Shown one piece after another: positions 35,493-46,715 of a stretch of 64,000 bases of DNA. The notes under the pieces were generated by a model. It worked only from the letters and a program-made list of their open reading frames with translations, was not told where the DNA came from and made no database searches. The translations under genes were made by a program, and so were the position numbers. This stretch comes from Geosiphon pyriformis uo1 (taxonomy: Eukaryota > Fungi > Glomeromycota). Positions within the stretch are counted from its first letter, which is position 1. Each line of letters begins with the position of its first letter. The stretch covers positions 558,001 through 622,000 of the forward strand of contig JAAOMT010000303.1 of assembly GCA_016748015.1 (NCBI GenBank). The letters run 5' to 3'.

Positions 35493-36878
35493 TTAAGTGT
35501 TCAAGTTTGGTTGTTGTTCTATTATAATTATTGGTTTTAAATTTTGGGGAATATCTTTAGGATAAATTAAAGAGGAATGTGTACCAATTTGTAGAATTAA
35601 TAGTTCAGGATTGTTTCTGGAATGATAGTGTTTCAATCTGTCTTCATGTGCAACTTTTGCTAGTATTTTGTCATCAAGTCTTAACTTGTATGATCCATTG
35701 TCTAGAATTTCGTAAATATAAAATGGTCCATCCCATTTGTTTTCAAATTTTCTACTCCATTGTTTTTCAGCCTTAGTTCTGTGTAAAAAAACTTTATTTC
35801 TAACTTTAAATTCATTGGTAATAGGTGGTAATTTGTTGTCATGCCTTTCTTTTTGTTGAGCTTGGGAATGTTCAATATGAGTTGCTGCTATTCTTTTTTT
35901 TCCTTCCAGTGTACTAAGAAGAATGTAGGTTCTTCTTTGGAGTGTTTCTTGAAAGTTTTCTTCATTGATTGATTGCACTGGGTATGTTTCCACTGTGAAA
36001 TTAATTGGTAATGTTGCTGTCTTTCCATAAGTAAGATTAAATAATATGTGTTTTGTAGTATCTTGTTTTAGTGTTCTGTATGCTAGTAACACTGATAGAA
36101 TAAAGATATCTCATTCCTGCTCAAAGTCTGTTGAGACTTTGGCTAGAGATTCACACAATGTTCTATTGAAATGTTCTACAAGTTTATTTGTTTGAGGGTA
36201 ATAAGGTAATGATAGAGGTCTTTTGACATTGAACCGTTTACAAATATCTTGTATCAAGTTGTTCACAAAATGTGTTCCTTGATCAGATAAAAGTTCAATT
36301 GGGCATTCATGTCTACAGATAATGTCTTCATAGATGAAATTTGCTACTGGTTTTGCATCTGCTCTTTGGATGACTCTAGCTTCAGGCCATTTGGTAAGAT
36401 AATTCACTGCAACTGCAATATAACAATTTTCTTGGATTGTGATAGGTAATGGTCCGACTAAATCAATTCCAACTCTGTCAAAAGGTTGTCCAACTTTGAT
36501 TGGATTTAAAAGTTCTGTGGGGCGAGTTCCTCCTCTTCTTTGACAACTATCACAAGATTCTACATATTGTCGAATGTTTTTTTGCATGTGAGGCCAAAAA
36601 TAATGTTCAAGAGTTCTTTGAATTGTTCCATTTCTTCCCAAGTGTGCTGAAAAAGGATCTGTGTGCATGTTGTATAGAATTGTTTCTTTTTTATTTTCCT
36701 GTACTAATCTGAGTGGTTGGTCTGGGTTTTTACAATTTTTGTAATATATTTTGTTATAGTGTATAAAATATTATTTGGATTGATGTTATAATCGATGTTT
36801 TTTACTTGAAGACCAATTTTCTGGTATAGTGAAAGTCTTCAAATAGTTTTTGATGTTGTTGTAGTTTTCTGGATCTAT
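35493..36878 (-). pseudogene. Integrase of family B (separate ORF)
   Basis: H..SAHLG..YFWP..CDSCQ, GIDLVGP, SDQGTHF, WDGPFYI. Confidence 0.92.
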
Positions 36879-36946
36879 TGTTGGTGATCTTGTTGTTTTG
36901 TTCTGCTGTTAAGTTTGTTGGTGTTTTGTTGGTGTTGATGTTGGTA

Positions 36947-38240
36947 TTAATATTGTCTCATTCTTGAGAGGCTATTAACATTGGTGTGTAGTTTTCTTGG
37001 TTTGTGATGTACAATATATCTGTAGTCTGCTAGGAAGTCATTCCATCAAAACTGTTTGGCACTTTGTTCAGTTTTCTTTTTATTAAGTCATTTAAGGCCA
37101 ATATTGTCAGTTATTATGTCAAATTCTTTTCCATTCTTCAAATATTGTTGAAAGTGTTTGAGAGCCCAGATAACTGCAGCAGTTTCCAGTTCAGTTGAGC
37201 CATATTTGAGTTCTGTTGACTTGAGTGTTCTGCTGGCATAGGCAATAACTTGTTCCTGGCCATTTTTATCCAATTGTGATAAGATGGCACCAAATGCTAT
37301 GTGTGAAGCATTAGTGGCTAATTGGAATCATTTGTTGAAGTCTGAATAAGCAAGAACTGGGGCTGTTGTCAATTTTGTTTTAAGAGTTTCAAAAGCTTTT
37401 TGTTGTTCTTCAGTCCATTTGTATGGTACGTTTTTGTTGGTAAGATAATTGAGTGGTTTAGCAATTTTCGAGAATTCTTTTATGAATTTTTGATAGTAAG
37501 AGGCTAATCCTACAAATCCTCTTAGTTCTGTAGTATTTTTGGGAGTTTGAAAGTTTTTGACAGCACTGATTGTTTCTGGATTTGGTTTGACTCCATCTTT
37601 ACTAACTATGTGTCCAAGAAAGATCAAGCTTGTTTTTTCAAAGTGACATTTCTCAATGTTTAACTTTAATCCTGCTTTCTGTAATCATTGAAAAACTTCT
37701 CGCAGGTGAATGAGATGAGTCTCAAAGCTTGGTAAGCATACATTAGTGTTATCAAGATAGACAACTACTGATTGCCACAAGAGTCCTTCATATACAACAT
37801 CCATGAGTTGCTGAAATGTTGCTAGTGCATTGTAGAGTCCAAAAGGCATAATATTGAACTCATAGTTTCCTTCCTGAGTGGTAAATGCTGTTTTGGGTCA
37901 GTTTTTTGGATCCATTTCGACTTGCTAGTATCCACTTTCCAAGTCTAAAGTTGAGAAGAACTTGGCTTTTCCTAGAGCATCTAGCATGTCATTAATTCTT
38001 GGGAGAGGATAGGCATTTCCAATTGTAACACTATTCAATTGTCTATAATCAACACAGAATCTGATTTTTCCGTTTTTCTTTTTAACTAAAACTACTGGTA
38101 AGGCCCAAGGACTTCTTGATGGTTGAATCAATCCATTATTGAGCATTCTTTGGACTTTTTTTCTAATGAATTGGTGGCTGGCAGGTGGCACTCAATAAGC
38201 TTGTTGATGTTTTGGTGGAGCATTTCCTGTATGGATCTGA
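36947..38240 (-). pseudogene. pol: RT and RNase H of family B
   Basis: [39 protein letters not shown] then stop. Confidence 0.92.
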
Positions 38241-38794
38241 TGTTAAACAATATTCGTTTTTTCCAAGTCATTGTTGTCTTTTGCAAATATATCTGCAAAT
38301 TCAGCTATCAATTGTTTCAATTGTCTTTGTTGTTGAGATTCTAAGGGATCCATGTTAATTCGAGAGAGTTTTTCTTCCAAAAAGTGGTAGTTTTCAGTAG
38401 TGGGAATGATATTTGGATTTGGGAGTAGAGTGTGCTTTATAATTTCGATGAAATTAGAGACAATTTGAGGGTTTTCATCTTGAAAAATATTGCTGTGTAT
38501 GATTCCAATCTCTAGTTTGTTTAATAAGACAATAGAGTAACTATTGGAGTTGTAGAATGTAACTCGAATTTTTTTCATTTCTTTGGAAATATAAACGTTT
38601 GGAATTGAGATTTCATGCTTCAAACAGATTTGTTCATTGAATTCAAAGATTTGTTGTGTAGTGGTGGGTTTTGAGCAAATGTAAATTTCGTGATGTTCTC
38701 CAAAAGGTGAAATGGTAATTGGCTGGGGAAGTTGAAGAATCTGGTAAGATTCATTTTGTGTATTAAGAGCTATGTTTACTGGAACTGTAAATCG

Positions 38795-39226
38795 TCCAGT
38801 TGAACCAAAACCTTGAGTTCCTCTTTCACTTTTTCCCAATTGTTTTCTGTTGTTTACTAATTGTAAACCTGAAATGTTGATTAAGGGTAAGTAGATTGCT
38901 TGAGCAATTTTTTTAGCATGTTTAATTTTGAATAGTTTGTCTGTCTCATTTTGTAACATGATGGTAATGTCTCCAGTGTATCTTGCATCTATAACTTCTC
39001 CTCTAATATTGATTCCTTTGCTTGCCAATGATGATCTGGAGGCAATTTGAACCATTACTCTGGGTGGAATTTTAAGAGCAATTTTTAGATTGATTTTTGT
39101 CAAGGACTTTGGTTGGAGAACCAAAGTATTTTTTCCTGGGTATCATAAGTCATATCCAGCATCAATTTTGTGTGCTTTTTCTGGTCTGATTCTTTGGCCA
39201 TGGTTGTCAAAATATTTAAGTTGCAG
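38795..39226 (-). pseudogene. dut: dUTPase domain within family B pol, upstream of RT
   Basis: All five trimeric dUTPase motifs: AGYDL, SRSSL, VID.RYTG, KIAQ, RG.QGFGSTG. Confidence 0.95.
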
Positions 39227-40129
39227 AGGTGGTTGCTTTTCAAGAAGATAGATAGGGGTGGTTGGTAGTTCTTCTCTTAGTTCAGCTACTCCAAATTCGA
39301 TTTCATTTTCATCATTCTCATCTGGTAGAGGAATACTAAGAGCATAACATTCTAAACACCATTGATCATCACAAGACATAATACATTCTTCACACAATTA
39401 AATGTTCATTTGCTCTAATCGTTGAATTTGAGCTTCTTTGGTCAGATATGTGTGGCTTGCAATTTGGTGATATGTTTCTACTTCATCTTCATAATCAAAT
39501 TCAGCTAATTCCATAGTATACTCAATATATTCAGCTTCTTTTATTTGGCAGACATCTTTTTGCATGGCTCTATTGATCAATGCCATTGCTAGATCAAAAA
39601 TCATTTCAGCATCATGAGGATAGTGGTAAAGTTTATTGAAAGCACTGTTGTATGCTGCATTAAATGGTGTTCCTCTTCTGACTTTTTCCGAAATTGATAG
39701 AGCATATTGACAGGTTTGATCACATACTTCTCTTCTTATTGCTACATCAATCTAATTGTATTCTTCTGGTAGCATTTCTCCACATGTAAGGCAAGAAGTT
39801 TTGTCCCATTTTTCACTTCTCTTTGGGGATCCAAATTGTTCTCTATGGCATGCCTTGCAGAAGTAACAAGTGCAAGTTTCATATTCCTCTTCTGGGGAGA
39901 TACAGGCTCCCATAGATAAAAGCTTCTTTTTGCAATCTTTACATTTTAGTGGAATGTATGGTGGTTTTTTTCGTGGTTCTGGTGTGGAATATCTAACTTT
40001 CTTCCATCTTCTTGATTCTTCAAAAATCTCTTGTTCTGTTTCCTTAGCCCAATTGGATGGTGATCCAAGAGCCATATAGGTTTCAGTGAGTGGCATTTCC
40101 TTCTTTTCTTCAAATTCAAATACTGGAGC

Positions 40130-40560
40130 TTTTCTGATTGTTTGTTAAAGGTACCATAGGTTGCAGGTACGATGGTATATTGCCCTTGGTATAAGATTTT
40201 AAGTTCTTGAGTTTCCCAGTTCAGGTTTGCATTGGCCTTGAGAAGCCAATCATTTCTGACTAGAGCTTGATATTGGGGTACATTCATAACAAGAACTTTA
40301 ACTGGAATGGTGATTTTATCAATTGTAAAGGAGAAATCATCAATTTCTCTTACTGAAGTTTTTTTCATACCATCAGCTGTGACAATAACTGTTTGAGCTG
40401 GTCTATCTATGTTTTGTTTAAGTTGTTGCATCAGCTAGTAAGTAATAATACTTCCAGCCAATTCACTATCTAAGATTAAGCAAATGGGTTTTCTTTCTAC
40501 TATAGCTTCTGTGTACATAGCAGTAATTGCTTTCTGTTTATTGACTGCTGTATTACTAAG
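40130..40560 (-). pseudogene. Aspartic protease of family B
   Basis: LILDSELAGSII (degenerate DSG), VTADG, ALVRNDWL. Confidence 0.85.
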
Positions 40561-42559
40561 CAGAAATGGTGATTCATTTGCTTCAAATTCAAATAGAAAT
40601 ATATCTAACAGATTGGCATTTTGGGCAATTTGAGCTGGTAGAATGGTGTGGTTGAAAGGATTTAATCTTGGTGCTGCAACTTTACCTTCAGAAAGTGTAG
40701 TTTGTTGAAAATCCGATTCCTCTGGTATTGTAAGATAACTGGGTTGAGTGTGATAGTGGTTGGGTCTTTGCTGACCAGGATTTTGGGAAACCAACTGGCT
40801 ATTTGGATTGATTCTGTTGTGGTTACTCTGCAATTGATTTTGGGACATGAATTGGTTATGTTGGACCAATCTTCTTGCTGATACTTGATATTGTTAAGTG
40901 AGTGGTGTCTGATATGGCTAAATTGGTAAAGATTGCTAATATTGTTGTGCATTAGTTGTGGAGCTGGTGGATAGTAACTGTTTTGATTTTGTGGTCTTGG
41001 TGAATAATAAGTTAGTTGTGAAGATTGGTAATAAGATTGTTGTGGTAAAGAGTAACGTTGATTACTTCTGTTTTGTTGGTCTCTTTGTAATTTCCTACAA
41101 TCTCGTTTCTAGTGTCTTGGAATTTCACAATAATGACAATTTTGAGGTTGGTTGTTGGATGGTGATCCAAAATTGTTTTGGTTGTGGCATTGTGGGGGTT
41201 GATATCTTTGTGGTTGTTGTTGCTGTTGTTGTTGGTTTGTGAAGTAGCTTTCAACTTTTTTTGTGAGTTGGTCTATTTTTTTTTCAGCTGCTGAGCTGGT
41301 TTCTCCAATTGCAAGGTTTACAAGCTTGGTGTGATTTGCTTCTTTCATTGCTATTTCATAGCTCTTTGCATGTCTAATAACAGTTGCTAAGTCTGCTGGA
41401 GCATGTGAATGGACTTTTTTAATCAGTTTGTCTTTTAACTCTGCTATAAACTGATTTAGAATTTGAGCATCTCATTGGTTTCTAATTGTCGGATTTGTCT
41501 GAAAAGTTTGTTAAATCTTCCAAGATAGGTCATAACAGTTTCAGATGTTTCTTGTTTGATATTGTGAAAGTGGTTTCTAAGAGTGATAGAGGTATTTTTG
41601 TCAGTGAATTGTTGTAGAAAAGCATCTTTGAATGCTTGCCAGTTTTCAAATAGTTCTTCTAAATTTTCAAACCATTCTCCTGCTGTTCCTTGAAGAAAGT
41701 AGAGAATTGCTTTGAGCATTCTTGCTGCAATCCAACCATTTGCATCTTCTGCTTTTTGAACTTTGTCAAGCCATTCTTGAGAGCTAGTATCATTGTTTTT
41801 GCCAGTGAATTCTGGGATTTTTGCAATGTAAGCAGTTGTCATTTCTTCTTTGTTTTCTGTAATTTTTTCTGGTTTTGGTTCAGTTTCTTTACTTTCCAAG
41901 CTTTCTGAATGTTTACTTTCGTTTTTCTGTAAGTAATCAATAATATTGGCACTTGTTAATATTGGTTCCTGCTGTTAAGTAGGATTTCTAGGTGACTGAA
42001 AATCTTCTGGTCTGGAGAAGCGGTTAAGTAGTGAATTTGGTGTTTGTAGTTGAACAAGTGAAATTGGAAATAGTATAATAGAAAGTGGTAATTTGACACT
42101 GGTTCCTTGTTCAGGTGTTTACAAGTATTTGGCAGTTGTTTTTTGTAGTGTTGGAGTGTTTGGAGTGGTTTTTGAGTATTGCTTCAATCTTTGTTTGCCT
42201 TTGTTACTTGTTTTTGTCTCTGATTCAAAGTCAAAAAAGTATTTAGACTATACTGGATATTTTTCTTCACAATACTTAATAATGTTAAAATTAAGTTTTT
42301 GGAAGTAAGTAGCAAGTGTTTCACTGTTCAGGTCTTCTGTTCCCAATTGTGAATAGTGCACTAAATTATTGTAGAGATTGCTTTTAACTTCTGAAATGTT
42401 GTAGTTTCCAAAAAAATAATTGTTAATACAGTTTTCAATGTATTGGTATACTGATTTCTTTACAACTTCAATTCCGTCTGGAATGTTGAATCTTTGCTTG
42501 CAGTGAGTGTAAATTGACTGGTAATACTCTAGAGTTACTGTGTTTGGTGTGGCTGCCAC
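40560..42559 (-). pseudogene. gag: Gag of family B
   Basis: IPEFTGK...EWL...ANGW, KQETSETVMTY, CHYCEIPRH*KRDC knuckle, Gln-rich tail. Confidence 0.85.
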
Positions 42560-42584
42560 TTTGAATTTGTTGTTGCTGTGTTAT

Positions 42585-42602
42585 TTCCGTGGGAGAGCAC
42601 CA
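42585..42602 (-). promoter_or_regulatory. PBS of family B (tRNA identity not determined)
   Basis: TGGTGCTCTCCCACGGAA, 2 nt from the LTR end. Confidence 0.8.
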
Positions 42603-45597
42603 AATGTTACCAGAGGTTTTTGGTCTCTTTTCTGTAATGTTGTTAATACCTGTTTGCTGTGAATTTATGTTTTTTGAATGTGGTTGAACCTCCAGTAACT
42701 GAATTTTCTCTTCAAATTATCTCCTATAATTTGAACTGCTGAGCTTATAAGTGGAATGGCCAATTTCTTGCCAGTTACTTTATGTAGTTACGTTGTAGTA
42801 AACATCAACTCTTTCCCAAAAATTGCTTATCTGGAAGCTCACTAAAAATGTGTAGTTATTTTGCTGTGAAAGTCAACTCTTCTACAGGAATCTTGTCTGT
42901 AGGCTACCTTAATGATTGTAATAAGAAAAGAAAAGAAAAATAAAAGAAATGTAAAAGAAATTAAATTCTGTCAAGGGAAACGTTTTCTATCCAGATCTGG
43001 AGTCACTAACAGTTTACTAAAATTGGTAGCTAATCAATTTCAAAATGTTAGTCAGGTTTTGGGAATTTTCCAAGTGCAATAATTAAAGAATTTGGTTTTT
43101 CAATTTATTTGATATTTATTTCTTTTTGTGTGTAGAAATGGTTCTAAGTGATAAATCTAAAGTAAAATACATTTTCTTGAAGAGAAAAGCTTTTTTTTTA
43201 TACAACTTGTTGTAGTACTAGTCTATGAACTTGCACTTTTTCTTTTTGCTCAAATTTTGGCAAACTAAAGATACATTTTGATGAACTACAAGTTATTTTG
43301 CTGAACTATTGATTAATTTGGGTGAACTATTCATAATTTCGGTGAATTTCTGTAAATTTTGGCGAATTTCTTATAAATTTCGGCGAATTTCTGTAAATTT
43401 TGGCAAATTTTAGAATGTTACAAAGTTCAAAGTATTGTGTAATTTGATCATCCTACTTTCTGTTATATTAATTAGATTATTTTAATTGAATCATGATATG
43501 TGATAATTGATTAAATAATAAATAATAATTTGAAATGATATTAATATACTAATTAATTATAATAATTATAAGGTTAATTTCATGCTAATTAATAGCTAAA
43601 ATTCTATTGGTAATACCAGTGCCCATCTAATGATTCTTTGCTGAGCATTGGCATTGGTTTCTTGTAAGAACCAAGTAACAGAAGAGCCTTGGAGGTAGCC
43701 ACCAACGATTTGGAACTTGTATTCATTATCATATTGGTTTGCTGTAACAGCTTTTTCAAAATCATCCAACCATTCAATTGGATTTTGGGCATTATCTCTG
43801 TATAATGATAATGGAGTGTTGTTTCTTCACTCTAAAGCAGTCTGTATATCTTGGAGAGCAATCAAAATGTTTTGTTGCAGAGGATCTTAAACTATTGGTT
43901 CAGGTGTAACTGTTTGTGTGGAGTGTTTTGATTCACTTGAAAAGAGATTAAAAACAGGAGCAGTTTGATAGCTTTCTTTTTTTGTTTTAAGAGAAGTTTC
44001 TGTTGATTGATGGGCAGCAATCCAAATGTGGATTTGATGATTCAGATATTTGAGATCAGGAGGCTGTTGTTCAAAGGTAGTAGAATATAAGAGTTAATTG
44101 ATACTGTTGTTTCTTTCTTCAAAGTCATTTTCAAAATAAGCTTAGTCAAAGTAATAAGTTGTATAAGTTGTATAGGTTTCAGCTAAATGCTTGTTTAAAA
44201 ACCAGTTCTAAAAGTCTTAGAATTGTCTGCTAGATTGTTTTTCAATGGGAAAGCAAATCAAACAGAAGGGCAAAAAATTAAGTTCAATAAAGTCTAGATC
44301 ATTTTTGTTGTGTGCTTTAAAGTGTTTTTTTGATTGTTGTGACAGGTATAAATAATTACCCATACAAATAAAAAACAAAGTAGATTTTGACAATCTCACA
44401 AGAAGCACCACTTTTATGATACAGGTTGGAGTAACAAACTAACGGATAGCAAGGGAGAACAGGATTGTAGAGTAATAGAAATAATCAAAGAGAATTCAAC
44501 TTCAAAGAGCAAATTGAATAAGTATAGATTCAATGTGCGAAATCAGTTTCATAAAATATCTCAGTTGCTATACTTTTCAAAAATAACTGGGGAATCTAAA
44601 GATAGAGGAATAGTTTATACTGTCAACAAATGATCACACTTGGTATAATTCTATGCCTTACATTGGCACTCTTAGAATTCAATATTAAGTATTAGATGTG
44701 CTTTTCAGTCACGTTTTATTCAATAATCTCCAAATGTTGCAATTACATGTTTCAGAAAAAGGATAAGAGATAACCAACAAGTAATTTTTTATCTTTAAAA
44801 TGTTCAGATACTTGAAAGTAGAGAAAGAAAAATTAGCAATAAGAGAAAGATTGAGATGAAAGTTGTTATTTTATTTATTTAATTTTCTTGATTTCTTCAT
44901 GCTTTTCTACAGCTAAAAGATTTATTACTTATATAACTGTCAAAAGTGGTCAATAATCAGGTCAACGACTAGGTCAATGATTACTTACTAAAAATAGAGT
45001 GGCTAATACATGTGATAATTAATAAGAAGTATAAGTTTTAATCATAACAATATCTTTTCAAAAGCAATTATTTGTGCTCTTACTAAGGAGTCAAGAATAG
45101 TACTAAGTTTTTTTTGCAAAATGTCTTTGTAATTTCCTATTGTGATCTCTTCAAACAGTATTGTTTCAATGTCAGTTTCTATTGGTAGTGTTGCCATGCA
45201 TCTATAGAGCAGATAAAAAGGTTCATAACTTGTTATGTTATAATTCACAGTTCTATAAACAAATAAAGCTGAAGGCAGTACTTTGTTCCATAAGTTTGTT
45301 TCTTTACTGGTTTTGGCTAGGGTTTTACATAGTGTTTTATTGAAATGTTCTACTAGGCCATTTGTTTAAGAGTGATAAAGAGAGGAAAGTTTATAATATA
45401 TTCCCATTTTTCTACAAAGTTTTTCAACCAGTGTATTGAGAAAAGCTCTTCTTCTATTAGATAAAAGTTTTTTTAGACAGCCATAATGACAAATGATATC
45501 TTCATAAATGAAATTGGCTATTGAGACTGCTGTTTGGTCAGGAGTAGCTCTTACTTTTACCCACTTTGTAAAATAGTCAGTAGCTGTAATAATGTAT

Positions 45598-46715
45598 TTT
45601 TTTTTGTTAATGTGTAGCCACTGTTACCAGTAAAATTTTAGCTATTAATTAGCATGAAATTACCCTTATAATTCTTATAATTAATTAGTATATTAATATT
45701 ATTTCAAATTATTATTTATTATTTAATCAATTATCACATATCATGATTCAATTAAAATAATCTAATTAGTATAACAGAAAGTAGGATAATCAAATTACAC
45801 AATACTTTGAACTTTGTAACATTCTAAAATTTGCCAAAATTTACAGAAATTCTCCAAAATTTATAAGAAATTCGCCAAAATTATGAATAGTTCACCCAAA
45901 TTAATCAATAGTTCAGCGAAATAACTTGTAGTTCATCAAAATGTATCTTTAGTTCACCAAAATTTGAGCAAAGAGAAAAAGTGCAAGTTCATAGATTAAT
46001 ACTACAACAAGTTGTATAAAAAAAGAGCTTTTCTCTTTAAAAAAATGTATTTTACTTTAGATTTATTACTTAGAACCATTCCTATACACACAAAAAGAAA
46101 TAAATACCAAATATTTTGAAAAACCAAATTCTTTAATTATTGTACTTGGAAAATCCCCAAAACCCAACTAACGTTTTGAAATTGATTAGCTACCAATTTC
46201 AGTAAACTGTTAGTGACTCCAGGCCTGGATAAAAAACGTTTCCCTTAACAGAATTCAATTTCTTTTACATTTCTTTTACATTTCTTTTATTTTCTTATTA
46301 TAATCATTAGGGTAGTCTACAGACAAGATTTCTGTAGAAGAGTTGACTTTCACAGCAAAGTAACTACACATTTTTAGTGAGCTTTCAGACAAGCAATTCC
46401 TAGAAAAGAGTTGACATTTACTACAACGTAACTACATAAAGTAACTGGCAAGGAATTGGTTATTCCACTTATAAGCCCAGCAAATTCAAATTATAGAAGA
46501 TAATTTGAAAATAAATTCAGTTATTGGAGATTCAAATACTTCTAAAAAACGTGAATTTGCAACCAACAGACATTTACAACATTCAAGAAAAGAGACCAAA
46601 AACCTCCAGTAACACCACACTGGTCTTTTATTAGTTTAGCCACACTCAAAAAGCATGGTTTTTTCATAAAGCCAACTCACCCAATAATTTAAGTTACAAG
46701 ATGTGGCTAATCACA
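45598..46715 (-). mobile_element. Severely 5'-truncated non-LTR insertion (~120 bp 3' tail plus poly(A)), split by a solo LTR
   Basis: Homologous to the family C 3' UTR; TSD AGCTGTAATAATGTAT (45582-45597) / AGCTGTGATAATATAT (46716-46731). Confidence 0.85.
45622..46614 (+). mobile_element. Solo LTR, family B (inverted)
   Basis: Reverse complement of 33692-34660; TSD CCAC/CCAC. Confidence 0.95.

Larger units (their letters stand above)
33692..43615 (-). mobile_element. Ty3/Gypsy family B, full length (~9.9 kb), dUTPase-bearing, nested in gag of A4
   Basis: LTRs 33692-34660 and 42605-43615; TSD CCAG at 33688-33691 and 43616-43619; PBS 42585-42602; PPT 34661-34674. Confidence 0.95.
27471..45049 (-). 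mobile_element. Ty3/Gypsy family A copy A4, full length, interrupted by family B
   Basis: LTRs 27471-28185 and 44417-45049; TSD ATAT at 27467-27470 and 45050-45053. Confidence 0.95.
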
